This document shows positions 30,431 through 41,633 of a stretch of 64,000 bases of DNA, piece by piece. The DNA is from an uncultured Actinomycetota bacterium (GTDB taxonomy: Bacteria; Actinomycetota; Actinomycetes; JACCUZ01). Position numbers and translations under genes: made by a program. Every line of letters begins with the position of its first letter. Within the stretch, counting starts at the first letter, position 1. Where the stretch lies: positions 73,230 to 137,229 of the forward strand of contig CAVOOW010000010.1 of NCBI GenBank assembly GCA_963697675.1, read 5' to 3'. Below the pieces are notes generated by a model, which saw nothing but the letters and a program-made list of their open reading frames with translations, searched no databases and was not told the origin of the DNA.

Positions 30431-31644
30431 ACGTGCGTCATCGCCACCATCGGCGTCACCGTCACGACGTCGTCGTGGTGGGAGCGCGCGCCGGCGGAGC
30501 GGCGACCGCACTGCTGCTGGCCAGGCTCGGCCACGACGTAGTGCTGGTGGACCGCGCGCAGTTCCCGTCAGACACGCTGTCGACGCATCAGATCGCCCGA
30601 CCGGGCGTGGTGGCGCTGCACCGATGGGGTCTGCTGGACGAGGTACTCGCGAGCGGGACGCCGGCGATCCGTGAGGTCAGTTTCACCGCCGAGGGCGAAA
30701 CCGTGCGACGCACGGTGAAGGACACGTCTGGCGTAGACCTGCTCGTCGCCCCGCGCCGTCATGTGCTGGACACCCTCGTCGCCGACGCCGCCGCCGACGC
30801 GGGTGCGTGGTTGCACACCGGGATCACCGTCGAGAGCGTCCGCCGCGATCGCAACGGTCGAGCCGTCGGCGTGCGCGGGCACGTCGCGTCGGGCGACCGC
30901 GCAGTGATCGACGCCCGCTTCGTTGTGGGCGCGGACGGGCTGGGTTCGCGTGTCGCGCGTTCGGTCGGCGCGGAGCTCACCGAACAGCGGGGCAGTGCCG
31001 GGGCCGTGCAGTACGCCTACTACGCCGGGCTCCCGTGGCGCGGCATCGAGTTGTTCGCTGCGAACCGTGCCCTCGCTGGAGTGTTCCCGACACACGACGG
31101 GCAGGCCTGCATTTGGGTCGGGACCCCCACCGAAGATGCACGCGCCGCTCGTCGTCACGAGGGCTCTCGCGCGGCGGCGTTCACGAGCCAGCTCGAACGG
31201 GCTGCTCCGGACCTGATGGCGCGGCTGCGCAACGGACGACGGGTCGCGCCGGTCACCGGGATGCTGCGCATGCCGAACCATCTGCGCCGGGCGCACGGTC
31301 CCGGTTGGGCGTTGGTCGGTGACGCCGGCTACCACCGGGACGCGGTGTCCGGACACGGCCTCAGCGACGCCTACCTTCACGCCGAGCTGCTGGCCGCAGC
31401 CCTGCACGCCGTCTTGTCAGGCGACTCGGATGAGCACACTGCCCTAGCCGACTACCAGGAACGACGTGACCGCGCGTTGCGCGACGTCTTCGACTTGACC
31501 TGCGCCCTGGCCGAATATCCGCCCGTGCCCGAGTTCGTCGAACTGCAGAAGCAGCTCAGCCGTGCCTTCGACGCCGAGGCGACCGAACTGGCCGCTCGCC
31601 CCATCCCGGGCGAGCGCGAGCTAGCCCGTGCGCTGATCGCCTAA
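30427..31644 (+). CDS. FAD-dependent monooxygenase (geranylgeranyl-reductase / aromatic-ring hydroxylase fold)
   Basis: DVVVVGARAGGAATALLLARLGHDVVLVDR...GDAGYHRDAVSGHG. Confidence 0.8.
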   Translation: MNVRHRHHRRHRHDVVVVGARAGGAATALLLARLGHDVVLVDRAQFPSDTLSTHQIARPGVVALHRWGLLDEVLASGTPAIREVSFTAEGETVRRTVKDTSGVDLLVAPRRHVLDTLVADAAADAGAWLHTGITVESVRRDRNGRAVGVRGHVASGDRAVIDARFVVGADGLGSRVARSVGAELTEQRGSAGAVQYAYYAGLPWRGIELFAANRALAGVFPTHDGQACIWVGTPTEDARAARRHEGSRAAAFTSQLERAAPDLMARLRNGRRVAPVTGMLRMPNHLRRAHGPGWALVGDAGYHRDAVSGHGLSDAYLHAELLAAALHAVLSGDSDEHTALADYQERRDRALRDVFDLTCALAEYPPVPEFVELQKQLSRAFDAEATELAARPIPGERELARALIA

Positions 31645-31727
31645 CCCGCACAACAGCACGAGACACATCGGCACCGGCCCGGTGCCACCCGCCCATCGCA
31701 CCACCCAACAAGTTAAGGAGTACTGGC

Positions 31728-32297
31728 ATGACCGCAACCGTCAACGAGTCGACCCGCAACGGCGTCGACACCGCCACGCTGTTCGCCACCCTGGACGCGG
31801 TGAAGGCCGCGCCGCAGGCGGCGAGGTTCCAGTTCCGCGCCCACAACGAGTGGATCGCCGGCACCCACAGTCGTGGAACGATCTACGGGTTCTACGGCGT
31901 CGGGGAGGAGCGCACGCACGAGCGCAGCTTCCACTTCGACACCGATCACCCGGCCGTCCTGGTCGGGCAGGACAACGGCCCGACCCCGGTGGAATATCTG
32001 CTGCACGCGCTGGCCGCGTGCCTGACCGCTGGGGTGGCGAACATCGCCGCTGTTCGAGGCGTGAAGCTCAACGAGGTGCACTCCGTCGTCTCCGGCGACA
32101 TCGACCTCAACGGCATCCTGGGCCTCGACCCCGACGTCCGCAACGGCTACCAGAACATCGCCGTGCGGTTCACCGTCAAGGGCGACGCCCCCGACGAGAA
32201 GCTGCGCGAGATCGTCGAGCAGTCCCGGGCGCGCTCAGCAGTCTTCGACGTCATCACCAACCAGGTGCCGGTCACTATCGAGGTCGACACCGCCTGA
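31728..32297 (+). CDS. OsmC-family protein
   Basis: GPTPVEYLLHALAACLTAG... with a strong RBS (taaggag). Confidence 0.8.
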   Translation: MTATVNESTRNGVDTATLFATLDAVKAAPQAARFQFRAHNEWIAGTHSRGTIYGFYGVGEERTHERSFHFDTDHPAVLVGQDNGPTPVEYLLHALAACLTAGVANIAAVRGVKLNEVHSVVSGDIDLNGILGLDPDVRNGYQNIAVRFTVKGDAPDEKLREIVEQSRARSAVFDVITNQVPVTIEVDTA

Positions 32298-33014
32298 TCG
32301 AGCGACACCGTCTGATCGTTCGGCATCGTCCGACCGAGGATGCGAGCCGGGGCCAGCCGTTGGCCCCGGCCCCGTCTTCGCGGCAGGACTGGGGCAATCC
32401 CAAACCCCGAAGATGCCGGTCAGCCGCGGTCCTGGGGTGGTGGTCGTCGCGCGCCGGGCTGAGCGCTGACCACGAGTGCGTGCAGCCGGGAGTGAGATGA
32501 TCGCGGTGTGGTCGTGAAGGCCGGCACGCGTCCGGCGGCACGGCGCTCGCTCGCGCTCTCCCCGTGTGCGGGGGGCCACGCGGCGGGGCTGCGAGCGGCT
32601 CATCATGGCGAAGGGAGAGACCCGACATGGCGCCTCGCCGACGGCCGACACTACGGGCTTGATCGCGTCCCGGCCGTACGCCGCCTGCCGCAACACGCCG
32701 GGCACGCTGGTCTCCAGGGCGCACGGCGCTCGCCTCAAGGTCCATGACGCTGACACAGAGGCTGCGCGGAGGTCCTGCCCGGGGATCACAGCCCTGCCGC
32801 CGTCCGTCGACATCCAACCGGAGGTGTCCGCGTTCAGCCCCGCCCGCGGGCTCCTGCATCAGGCGAGCCACGAGCCTGGGTTCCAGGCCGCGACCACCAC
32901 TCGGCCCAGGACCGACAGCGCACGTGTCGTCATGCTCGACGAAGACAGCGTCGCGTGCAAAGCCGCAGCTTTCCGGCCCAAGGCATGTCGTCGGCTGAGC
33001 AGGCAGGATGCGGA

Positions 33015-33257
33015 CCGTTGCGGACCGGGCCCGCCAACGACGATCTTCAATCTCACATCGCAACGCGCTGAGCAGGGAAAACGCGGTGGGCCCCGTGGGA
33101 CTCGAACCCACAACCTACGGATTAAAAGAGGATTCTGGTCACTGGCAGCGTCCCAGGGCAGAGGCATCAAAGTGCCTCTCACCTGCGCAGATGCTGCTTG
33201 ACGTCTCTCGTCAGTTCTGGCTGGTTTCGGAAGCGTTGCGGACTCAGTGCGGACCAG
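33015..33257 (+). repeat. tRNA-Lys 3'-half repeat, copy E (flank + tRNA 3' half + conserved arm)
   Basis: gatgcggaccgttgcggaccg...cttcaatctcacatcgcaacgcgctgagcagggaaaacg | cggtgggccccgtgggactcgaacccacaacctacggattaaaag | aggattctggtc...cccagggcagag...cacctgcg...ctctcgtcagttctggctggtttcggaagcgttgcggactcagtgcggaccag. Confidence 0.75.
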
Positions 33258-33769
33258 TCCCTGGGGTCTCGATCCTCCTGGGACATCGTCGACTCGACGT
33301 GGTCCGGACGGGCGGAGTGTTTCGCGCGGCGCTCCCTCAGTCGGTGGGCAGCCTCATCGGATCTTCTTCCAGTCGGTGGCTTGGAAGACCCATCCGAAGT
33401 CGGCTACGTCGGTTTCGGTCCACCGCACGGTCCCGTCGCTCGAGGTGGAATCGCGCTGACCACACGAAGGGAACGCAGTCACCCCCGGCAGCCCGTTCAC
33501 CGTCCGGGTGAAGGTGGCAACATCGGCCGAGACCGAGATCCAGCCGCTGCAGGGCACCACGGGGAAGGTCGAGTCCGTAGGTGTCTGACTCGAGGGACCA
33601 GCGACCGTTGCCGATGGTCCAGGTCTACAGGCCGGCGTTCTCTTCGAGGAACTCGGCTGTTGCCTTGCCGCCGCTGGCTCGGGACATGTCCGCCTCGGTC
33701 ATCGAGTAGCGGTACGTGCCCCGTGGCAGGGCGCCGGTCGGGCCCGGACCGGTGAGGGGTTCACGGTGT

Positions 33770-34870
33770 CCGACGCCGCGAGGGCGCGCATCGCCCGCGA
33801 CGAAGGTGCACCCGCTTGGGATGGTCACGGTCGGGTCGCGTCCGGCTTTGTCTCGCAGAGCACCGACCTCGTGAACGAGCTCGTCGATCCACGACGGTTG
33901 TCGTTGATGTCCGATCGCGCGCAGCCCCGCGGTTCGCATCGCGTCGAGCTCTGTGCTGCTGGCCAGCGCCGCCTTGCTTCCGGACCGACAGGCGTTGCTG
34001 TAGCCCGGTCGCGTCGGAGTCTGCGGCGTGTCGCACGGCCCAGGTGGCGGCGCTGGCCGCCGCGCCGTGGAGCCAGCCGCGTTGTTGCGGACTGAGGTCG
34101 CGCCAGGTGTGCGGGCTGGCCATCAGGACGACGGCGCGTGGCCACAGCCGCACGTTGGGCGCGACGAACGGGAGGGTTTCGGGGTAGCCCCGCCAGGTTG
34201 ACTCGCCGCTGTCGATCAGCCCGGACTGGGTCAGCGTCTGACGGTCGCGGGGGTCGACGACCGGGGTCGCGCCCAGAGCCCGGATCCCCGCTTCCTGGCT
34301 GCCCGGGGAGCTGGTGGAGAAGGCTCGTCCGCTCCAGTCGGCGGCGGTGACGATGGGGTGGTCGGTGGCGGCGGCGAATCGCAGACCTCCGGCGAGCAGG
34401 GCGAGCGGCATGACCCCGGTCTTGGCGGGCACGTCGGCCAGACAGTTGCGCCGAGTGGCGCCGGAGGACCTGCGCCTGCAGCTGGTAGGAGTCGATGAGC
34501 AGCGGGACGAGCAGTGGTCGCAGGCTGGTGACTCCCAGGGTGTCGAAGGTGTGCGCCTCCGCCCAGCCGAGGTCCACGCGCCCAGCCGCGACGCGCTGGA
34601 TGACCCGTCGCTGCTCGTCGGTGTCGCGGGCCCGGGTGCGGACCTCGACCTTGAGCTTCCCGCGGCTACGCCTGGTGACCTGTGCCACGAACTCCGGGAT
34701 CGCCGGTGCGCCGACGATCGAGCCGGGTAGCGCCGCGTCCGCCAGCACGAGCGTCCGCTCCGGTGCGATGACAGGCCGTTCTTGCCGGCCAGGGTGCCAC
34801 CGGTGCAGGACGCGAGCAGAACCAGCTGGGCGAGCGCCAGCGTCGCGGAGAACGTCCGGAGGACGCCCGA
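33770..34870 (-). pseudogene. Periplasmic solute-binding lipoprotein (TRAP/DctP-like), at least three frame changes
   Basis: Lipobox LLASCTGG. Then ADAALPGSIVGAPAIPEFVAQVTRRSRGKLKVEV...RVDLGWAEAHTFDTLGVTSLRPLLVPLLIDSYQLQAQVL. A further frame reads PLALLAGGLRFAAATDHPIV...WRGYPETLPFVAPNVRLWP. Confidence 0.4.
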
Positions 34871-35542
34871 GGCGGGCTCATCGGATGTCCACGGTCGGGT
34901 TGCGCAGGAGGGCGACGACGGCGGCCACCCGTCGGTTGACCGTGGGTGTCGTCGTGGATCCCGAGCTTGCGGAAGATGTGCGCCACGTGCGTCTCGACGG
35001 TCTTGGCTCCGACGTGCAGGGACCCGGCGATTGCCTCGTTCGACCGGCCCTCGGCCATCAGCGCGAGCACCTCACGCTCGCGAGTGGACAGGGCGGAGAG
35101 CGGTCCGGCGGCCGCCGCACCCGCCATCAGCCTCGTCACCAGCTCGGGGTCAACGACGCATTCGCCGGCCACGACCCGGCGCAGCGCGTCCAGCAGCGTC
35201 GATGCCTCGCTGACCCGGTCCTTGAGCAGGTAGCCGACGGCCCGCGGTGTTGTCCTCGAGCAGTCGTTGGGCGTAGGTGGCGGCGACGTACTGCGACAGC
35301 ACCAGGACGGCCGTCTTCGGGTAGCGGACTCGGATCTTCTCGGCCGCCACGATGCCCTCGTCGGTGTGCGTCGGCGGCATCCGGATGTCGACCACGGCGG
35401 CGTCGGGCTGCTCCAGGGCGACGAGCCGGAGGAGTCCGGCCGGCTCCGATGCCTCGCCGACGGTTTCGATGCCTTCGCCGGCGAGCAGGCTCCGCAGGCC
35501 TTCGCGGACGATCACCGCGTCGTCAGCGATCACCACTCTCAT
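34860..35542 (-). pseudogene. NarL/FixJ-family response regulator, frameshift near 35240
   Basis: Receiver domain MRVVIADDAVIVREGLRSLLAGEGIETVGEA...VVDIRMPP. LuxR HTH LSTREREVLALMAEGRSNEAIAGSLHVGAKTVETHVAHIFRKLGI is in another frame. Confidence 0.55.
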
Positions 35543-37034
35543 GTTCTCTCCAACTGTGCCGGGCGCAGTGCGCCGGGCCGGTGCGCCACGTGGAGCTCAC
35601 CGGCGAGGGCCGTCACCCGGTCCTCGACCCCGATGTCGTCCATGGACGGCGCTGTCGCGCGTAGAGCCGGATCGCCGTCGTCGAGCAGGCGCACGCTCCA
35701 GCACTGCCGGGGGGTTCGCGTCGCAAGCGTGATCTCCATGTTCGAGGCGTGTCGCCGTCGTGCATCGCCCAGTGCCCACTGGGCAGCGGCGTAGGCGGCG
35801 GCCTCTACAGCGGCGGCCGGATCGCGGGGCTCGGGGCGCGTCGGTCCGCGGTGGTCAACGACGCGTACGACGACCTGGGTGCTGGTGTCGGCCAGTTCCT
35901 GCAAGGCGAAACCGAGGCCGAGGTCGGCCAGCAACGGAGGATGGATGTCGTGCGCGATGGTGCGGACCTGGGCGAGCGCCTCCTTCACGAGCGTGTCCGC
36001 GCGGTCCAGCTTCGGTGCCGACGTCCTGGTCGCTGCCCGCGATCGTCGGTGCGGGCTTGGCCGCGCACCCGGCGCACGGTCATGGCCAGCCCGACGAGCC
36101 GCTGCTGGGCCCCGTCATGAAGATTGCCGCGCAGCTCCCGACGCTCCGACTCCGAGCGCTCCACGAGGCGCTGCGCGGTCGCCCGTGCCGCCGTCAGCTC
36201 GGCTCGGGTCGCGGCCTGCAGCCGCGCGGTGTCGAGGGAGAGCACCATCGCAGGGCGCAACGACCTCAACAACCGGGCGGCCGGCAACGACGCGCGGTGG
36301 TTGACCGCGGCGATTCGCCTTGCCGCGGTTCGTCACGGTGGTCACGGCCCGCCGCGCCGTGCTGTCGGCACCGTCGCTGCCCGGTGGTCCCAGCCTTGCC
36401 CGTCGCGGGTACGTCGTCTCCGTTGGCGTCTACCCAGGTCGACCGTGACTCGGCCCACCACACGATCGTGAGCGCGGGGTCCTTCACGGCGGCGGCCAAC
36501 GTTGCCTGTAATTCGACCAGGTGTCGAGACGCGACCTATCTCCCCGGCCAGCCGGTTCAGTCGTACCGAAGTCGTCCACGATCGGGCTCGCCGCCAGCAC
36601 AGGCACGCCACCAGTCCCAAGGCGCTGGCTTGCGCCACCGCGAACGCCCACGTCCGCGGGGGACCGGTCGTGGTGTCCGCGACGGAAGCGTCCGGCAGGA
36701 CCAGGGCGGCCAGGCTCACCGCCAGCGGGACTCCCACCAGCGAGGCAAGGAGGTCCTCGTGACGCCAGCCGGGACTGCGCAGAATGTGGGCCGGCAGCGC
36801 GGCCGACAGCGCCACCGTCGCGATCAGCACAGCCCGCAGCAACCACCCGCCGGCGCCGAACGGGTCCACGGCCGGTGTCAGGCAGGCGCGCCAGCAGCCT
36901 GGTTCCTCGAACGAGTTCCAGGTCAGCGCGGCGACCAGGCTCGCCGACGCGAGGACGCCAGCGGCTCGTCTCCAGTGCGACGGGGTCGACGGCACCCCCG
37001 ATCCGGTCGCCAGCAGCGCGATGGCCGGCAACAC
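35539..37034 (-). pseudogene. NarL-type sensor histidine kinase (HisKA_3 + HATPase_c), disrupted
   Basis: ERRELRGNLHDGAQQRL (HisKA_3) and ...ITLA...DDGDPAL...MDDIGVEDRVTALAGELHV (HATPase_c) lie in different frames. An in-frame TGA at 36342 separates the membrane N-terminus. Confidence 0.5.
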
Positions 37035-37419
37035 GACGGCGCTGCGCCCGTGAGACGAAGGTCGTCACCGTTCCCGCATGGGTCCACCCGGCCCAGTCCG
37101 GCATCGTCCACAGCAGTCCCACGAACAGGAGCGACGGGACGAGCCGTCCCGCGTGATCGGACGCGATGAACGAGGCGGCGACCAGAGCCACTGCCACCAG
37201 AAGGGCGAGAACGAACCTGCCCGCCGACGCTGCGCCGTAGCTGGTCGACACCAGCGTGGGTGGTCGACTCGCGCTGACCACGATGACCCCTGCGGCCACC
37301 GCGACCAGCAGGCCCGACGCGACGCGCGGTCCCGCGCCCTCGCAGGCGAACAGGGCCAGCGATCAACACGGCAGCCTCGCGACCAGGGTCAGCCCGGCGC
37401 CTGACGGGACGAGCACGTC

Positions 37420-38750
37420 GGAGATCTCCGCCGAGGGCAACGATGCGGTCGCGGACGCCCGTCAGCCCCGTGCCGCGGGCGCCTTCGATCGGAGGGTCGA
37501 TGGCGCAGCTCCCGTCGTCGCTGATCGAGGCGACCACCGCGTCGGCCAGTCGCTCGATGTGGATGGTCGCTCCGGTGGCGCCGGAGTGCTTGACCGAGTT
37601 GGTCACCGCCTCGGCGCACAGGTACCAGAGGGCAGTCTCGACGGATCGCCTCGAGCCGCCCGAGTGGCACGTCCGTCATGACCTGGATGGGAACCGTGCC
37701 GGCCAGGTCGGACAGGGCTGCACGAAGTCCCCCGTCTGAGAGCAGCTGCGGGTGCAGTCCCTGCGCGATGCGCTGCAGGTCATCGAGAGTCCGCTCGACC
37801 TGGACGACGGCGGTGCCCACCTCGCCGCGAGCCGCGGACTCGTTGACGCTGGCGCCGATCGTCAGCAGCGTTTCCCGCAGCTCGTCCAGAAGCGGGTGAA
37901 CCGTGGTAGCCCAGCCTTGCGGCGAGTTGCTCGCGTTCCGTGTCGGCAGCGGTCACCAGTCGCCGCTGCAGCGCTCGCGACTGTGCGACCTGCAGTTCGA
38001 GCTGGGAAACCATTGCGGCGTTCGCCTCCAACATCGCCCAAGCGCGCCGAGTACGCCTGCGGGGCACGGGCGGAGGCGGCTGGCAGCAGCAGCCCGGTGA
38101 TGCCGGCGCCAGGTTCGCTCGCGATCTCGATGACGTGGTCTCGCAGCTGCGCGTCGGCGCCGGGATCGGCCCAGGCGATCACGAAGCAGACACGCCCCCG
38201 CCGCCGCCAGCAGCGACGACCCGACGATGACGCCCCACGCGGGCGACAGCGTCAAGCCGCAACGTGACGAGGGCCGCGGGTAGGGCGATGCCGAGCCCGA
38301 GGAGAACACCGGCGACGCCGTACGCGAGGACTCGGCGACGCTCGCGCCGCGTGTGTCGCCTTCGCGCGGGCGTACGCGCCGCAGGATCGCGATCGTCGCT
38401 CCGACCAGAGCCAGAAACTCGGCCACCTGGCCCGCCCCGAGCCCACGACCCGCGGCCGCGACCGCGAGGACGGCCACCCCGATCAGTCCCGCCCACGCCC
38501 AGGCCTGCGATGCACCACCGCCGCCATTCGATTGCCTGACAGACCCGGTAGGCCGGGGAGCACCGCGACCGCCATCGCCGGCCACCAGATCGCCGACATG
38601 CGGACGTCCAGACCGGCGAGGCACCAGCTGCCGCCTGCTGCCAGCGCCGACCGCGGCCCGGTCGCCGCGCAACGGGCGTCCCACCCAGACCGCCGCGGCG
38701 CCGAAGAAGCCGACAGCCACCGCGGCAGTCGAGCAGGTGCGACCACACAC
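37420..38750 (-). pseudogene. Second NarL-type sensor histidine kinase paralogue, frameshifted
   Basis: TAADTEREQLAARL...; LRAALSDLAGTVPIQVMTDVPLGRL; MTNSVKHSGATGATIHIERLADAVVASISDDGSCAIDPP..GTGLTGVRDRIVALGGDL, in at least three frames. Confidence 0.4.
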
Positions 38751-39000
38751 TGCCCCGCAGCACCGACTCTCCCAGCGCGACCAGGCAACCGCTGAGCAGC
38801 AGGACCAGAGCGCGCGCGACCCGCGGGTTGGGACCCGTCGCCGTGACCTCGATGCGCTCGTCGTCCAGGGAGCCGCCCATCACATTCCGCACTGTGGCAC
38901 AGCCGCCCCCAGAAGGGTCCGAGATGGCCGGGACGACGGGACCGCGCGAGCCCCGCCGCTCGGGCAGGGACGATGATGCCGAGCACCTCGCCCGCGAACG

Positions 39001-39982
39001 TCAGCGACGTTTCGGTCCCCACGCTGGGAAGTTGACCGGTTGCGATCGCGTTGCCGCGACGAGCACGTGCAGGTCGCCGGCGTCAGGATTCATCACACAC
39101 AGGTTGTCGGTGTCCGTGGGCGACCCAGTGGCCGCAGCCGACCAGCAGCTTGCGGCCGTCCGGTGACCAGACCGGCTTGAAGAAGTTCCAGCGATCGTCG
39201 CGGCTCGGACGACGTGCAGGCCGCTACCGTCCGGGTGGACGGCGAAGATCGACCCTGCTCCGGGCGCGCCGTGCGACTCGGGCCAGATGTTGAAGATCAG
39301 TCGACTGACCGTCGGGGGACCAGGCGGGATGCTCGAGTCCGGGGCGGGGGGCGACCACTTCGTGAAGTTCGGTTCCGTCGGTGCGCACCACGTAGATGGC
39401 TTCGTTCTGGAGGAAGTCGGTGGGGCTGGTGGGCCCGACGATGCGACCGAAGGCGATCTGCTGGCCATCGGGCGAGAAGACCGGCTCGACGTCGAACCCG
39501 CCGCGGGTGACCTGACGCGGGTGTGATCCGTCGACGTCCATGACCCAGATGTCGGTCGTGAACGCCGGGTCGTCCGGCAGCAGCGTCAGAGGCGTCGAAG
39601 GCGAGAAGTCGCCCATCAGGCGAGTAGCGCGCGTCCTCCTGGATGCCGCGACCGAAGGTCAGCTGTCGCTGCCCGGTGCCGTCGGGACGGATCGTGGCGA
39701 TGTGCTCCCCGGTGTCGTCCGGGAAGTCGAACGCGACTCGGCCCCGTCCGGCGCCCAGTTCGGCATGAAGCTCGGCACGGTCGTCAGCGGTCGCTGGTGG
39801 GTGCCGTCCGCGTCCGCCGTCCAGAGGCTGAAGTCGCCGAGCGCCGGGTCGAACCGGCCGAACGCGATCGGCCCGTTGCGGACACCCGCAGCGTCGCTCG
39901 GGCCGGCGGACGAGGCGACACAACCGGCGGCGATGACGACCGCTGCGACGAGTCGGGACAGTTTCTGGTGCGACGTGTGCAT
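39001..39982 (-). pseudogene. Secreted TolB-like beta-propeller (PD40/WD40-like repeat) protein, multiple frameshifts
   Basis: Signal peptide MHTSHQKLSRLVAAVVIAAGCVASSA. PD40 repeats (SPDGxxLAF / IYVVRTDG / IFAVHPDGSGLHVV / MNPDAGDLHVLV) are distributed over four frames. Confidence 0.45.
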
Positions 39983-40169
39983 GGTGACCTCCCTGTGGGA
40001 CCCACGGACGTGGGTGACCACATCAGTGCACTCGTCGGCGGCTGCCGCCGTCGTCCGGGCCAGCCCGGATGCTGTGATCGAGCACCTGTGCCACAGTGCG
40101 AATGTGGCGGCGGCGTGGCGCACAGAAGCGTCACGCGATGCGTGGCGATGTCTCGGTGATGTTTCGGCA

Positions 40170-40257
40170 AGACGGCGGACTGTTGCGGACTGGGGGTCGC
40201 CACGACGAAGTTCAATCTCACAGCGCAACACGCTGACCTGGGTAAACGTGGTGGGCC
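40170..40257 (+). repeat. Native downstream flank of tRNA-Lys (copy F), separated from the tRNA by the IS481 insertion
   Basis: agacggcggactgttgcggactg...acgacgaagttcaatctcacagcgcaacacgctgacctgggtaaacg | tggtgggcc, then the IS481 inverted repeat. Confidence 0.7.
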
Positions 40258-41630
40258 TGTGGACTGTCGGCTGTTGCTTGACGGATCTGTTTCGGGTGAT
40301 CCTTGACACTCCGTTTCTGGAATCTAGGGCCGCGGGCCGCTGCCTGCGGCGTGTTTCTTGCGGATGGGTCGGTTGCTGGTGCGGGCCACCGTCTTGACGA
40401 GCTGACTGCCGACCCAGAACTGCAGCAGGTCGCCGGTGACCAGCACGTCGCAGGGCGAGCCGCTGTAGTTCTTCCCGACACTGACTTGTTGGTAGCCGAC
40501 GCAGACGATGCCGTTGGCGGCGACCTTGCGGGAGACCCACGCGTCGCCGTCGCGTTGCGCTGCCCGCGGTGCCGGGACCCGCCCGACCGGGCTCAACGCG
40601 GTGGTCTCTGTGGGGTGGAACCGGCTGTCCGGGGTCGCGTTGCCCAGTGACTGGTGGGGTCGGGCCTGGTTGTAGTAGTCGACCCATTCGTCCAACGCGG
40701 CCTGGGCGATCCGCAGGCTGGTGAACACCTGGGTGGTGTCGAACTCGGTGCGCATACTGCGGTGGAACCGTTCGATCTTCCCGGTGGTGGTCGGGGACCG
40801 TGGCGCGGTGAGCAGGTGCTCGATCCCGTTCTCCCGGCAGATCCGGTCGAACAGCACCTCCACCGGCGGGTGGTGGAACCGGCCGGTGAACACCTTCCCG
40901 TTATCGGTCAGGATCTGCTCCGGGACCCCGTGCGCGCGCAGCGCCGCAGCCAGGCCGTCACAGACCAGCTGGGTGCGTTCCCGGGGCATCAACCGGGCCG
41001 ACACGCAGAACCTCGAGTGGTCATCGACCCCGGTCAACGCCTTTGACGGTCGACCCGTCGGCGAGCAGGAACCCGCCGACCACATCGAGCTGCCACAGCT
41101 CCATCGGCGCGGCCCGTTCCCAGCGTTTCCACTTCTGCGCCCGGCGCCGGCGCGACACGGGGTCGATCACCCCGGCCCGGACCAGGGCGCGGTAGATCGC
41201 CGACTCCGAAGGCACCGGGTCCACCCCCAGCCTGGTCAGCTCGAGCCGGATCCGCCGCGGCCCCCAATACGGGCGGGCCCGGCGCAGCTCGAGCACCCGC
41301 GCCGCCAGCTCGCGCCGGCAGCTGGTGCGGGCACGAGTTCGGCCGGTGCGACCGGTCCCCCAGGCCCTCCAGGCCCTGGGCCTCATAGCGGGCCAGCCAC
41401 GCGTGCAGCGTCTGCCGGCTCACCTTCCACTGCCCGGCCACCTCGGTGACCGTTCGGCCGTCGCTGATCACTGCCAGCACAGCCTGATACCGCTGCTCAG
41501 CCACGCTCATCTCCCTCATACAAGGGAGTGTCAAGAATCAGCCGAAGTAGCTGTCAACCATCAGCCGAACATGTGTAAAGCCTCAACCGATGCCGAACTG
41601 TCAAGCATCAGCCGAGGCCTTACACAGAAG
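40258..41630 (-). mobile_element. IS481-family insertion sequence
   Basis: Imperfect terminal inverted repeats tgtggactgtcggctgttgcttgacgg (40258-40284) and ctgtcaagcatcagccgaggccttacaca (41600-41628). Flanking direct repeat ggtgggcc on both sides. Confidence 0.7.
40324..41534 (-). pseudogene. IS481-family transposase, two frameshifts
   Basis: HTH MSVAEQRYQAVLAVISDGRTVTEVAGQWKVSRQTLHAWLARYEAQGLEGL; ARVLELRRARPYWGPRRIRLEL...MELWQLD; DDE core TDNGKVFTG...TAPRSPTTTGKIERFHRSM. These lie in three frames. Confidence 0.75.
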
Positions 41631-41633
41631 GGG

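Noticed and set aside
7273-33257. Repeat copies A-E as additional functional tRNA-Lys genes, or as a tRNA-Lys interrupted by a group I intron
   Set aside because: No D-arm or acceptor 5' strand is present. Similarity to tRNA stops exactly at the anticodon-loop edge, not inside the loop where bacterial tRNA group I introns sit. The roughly 130-nt arm is too short for a group I intron.
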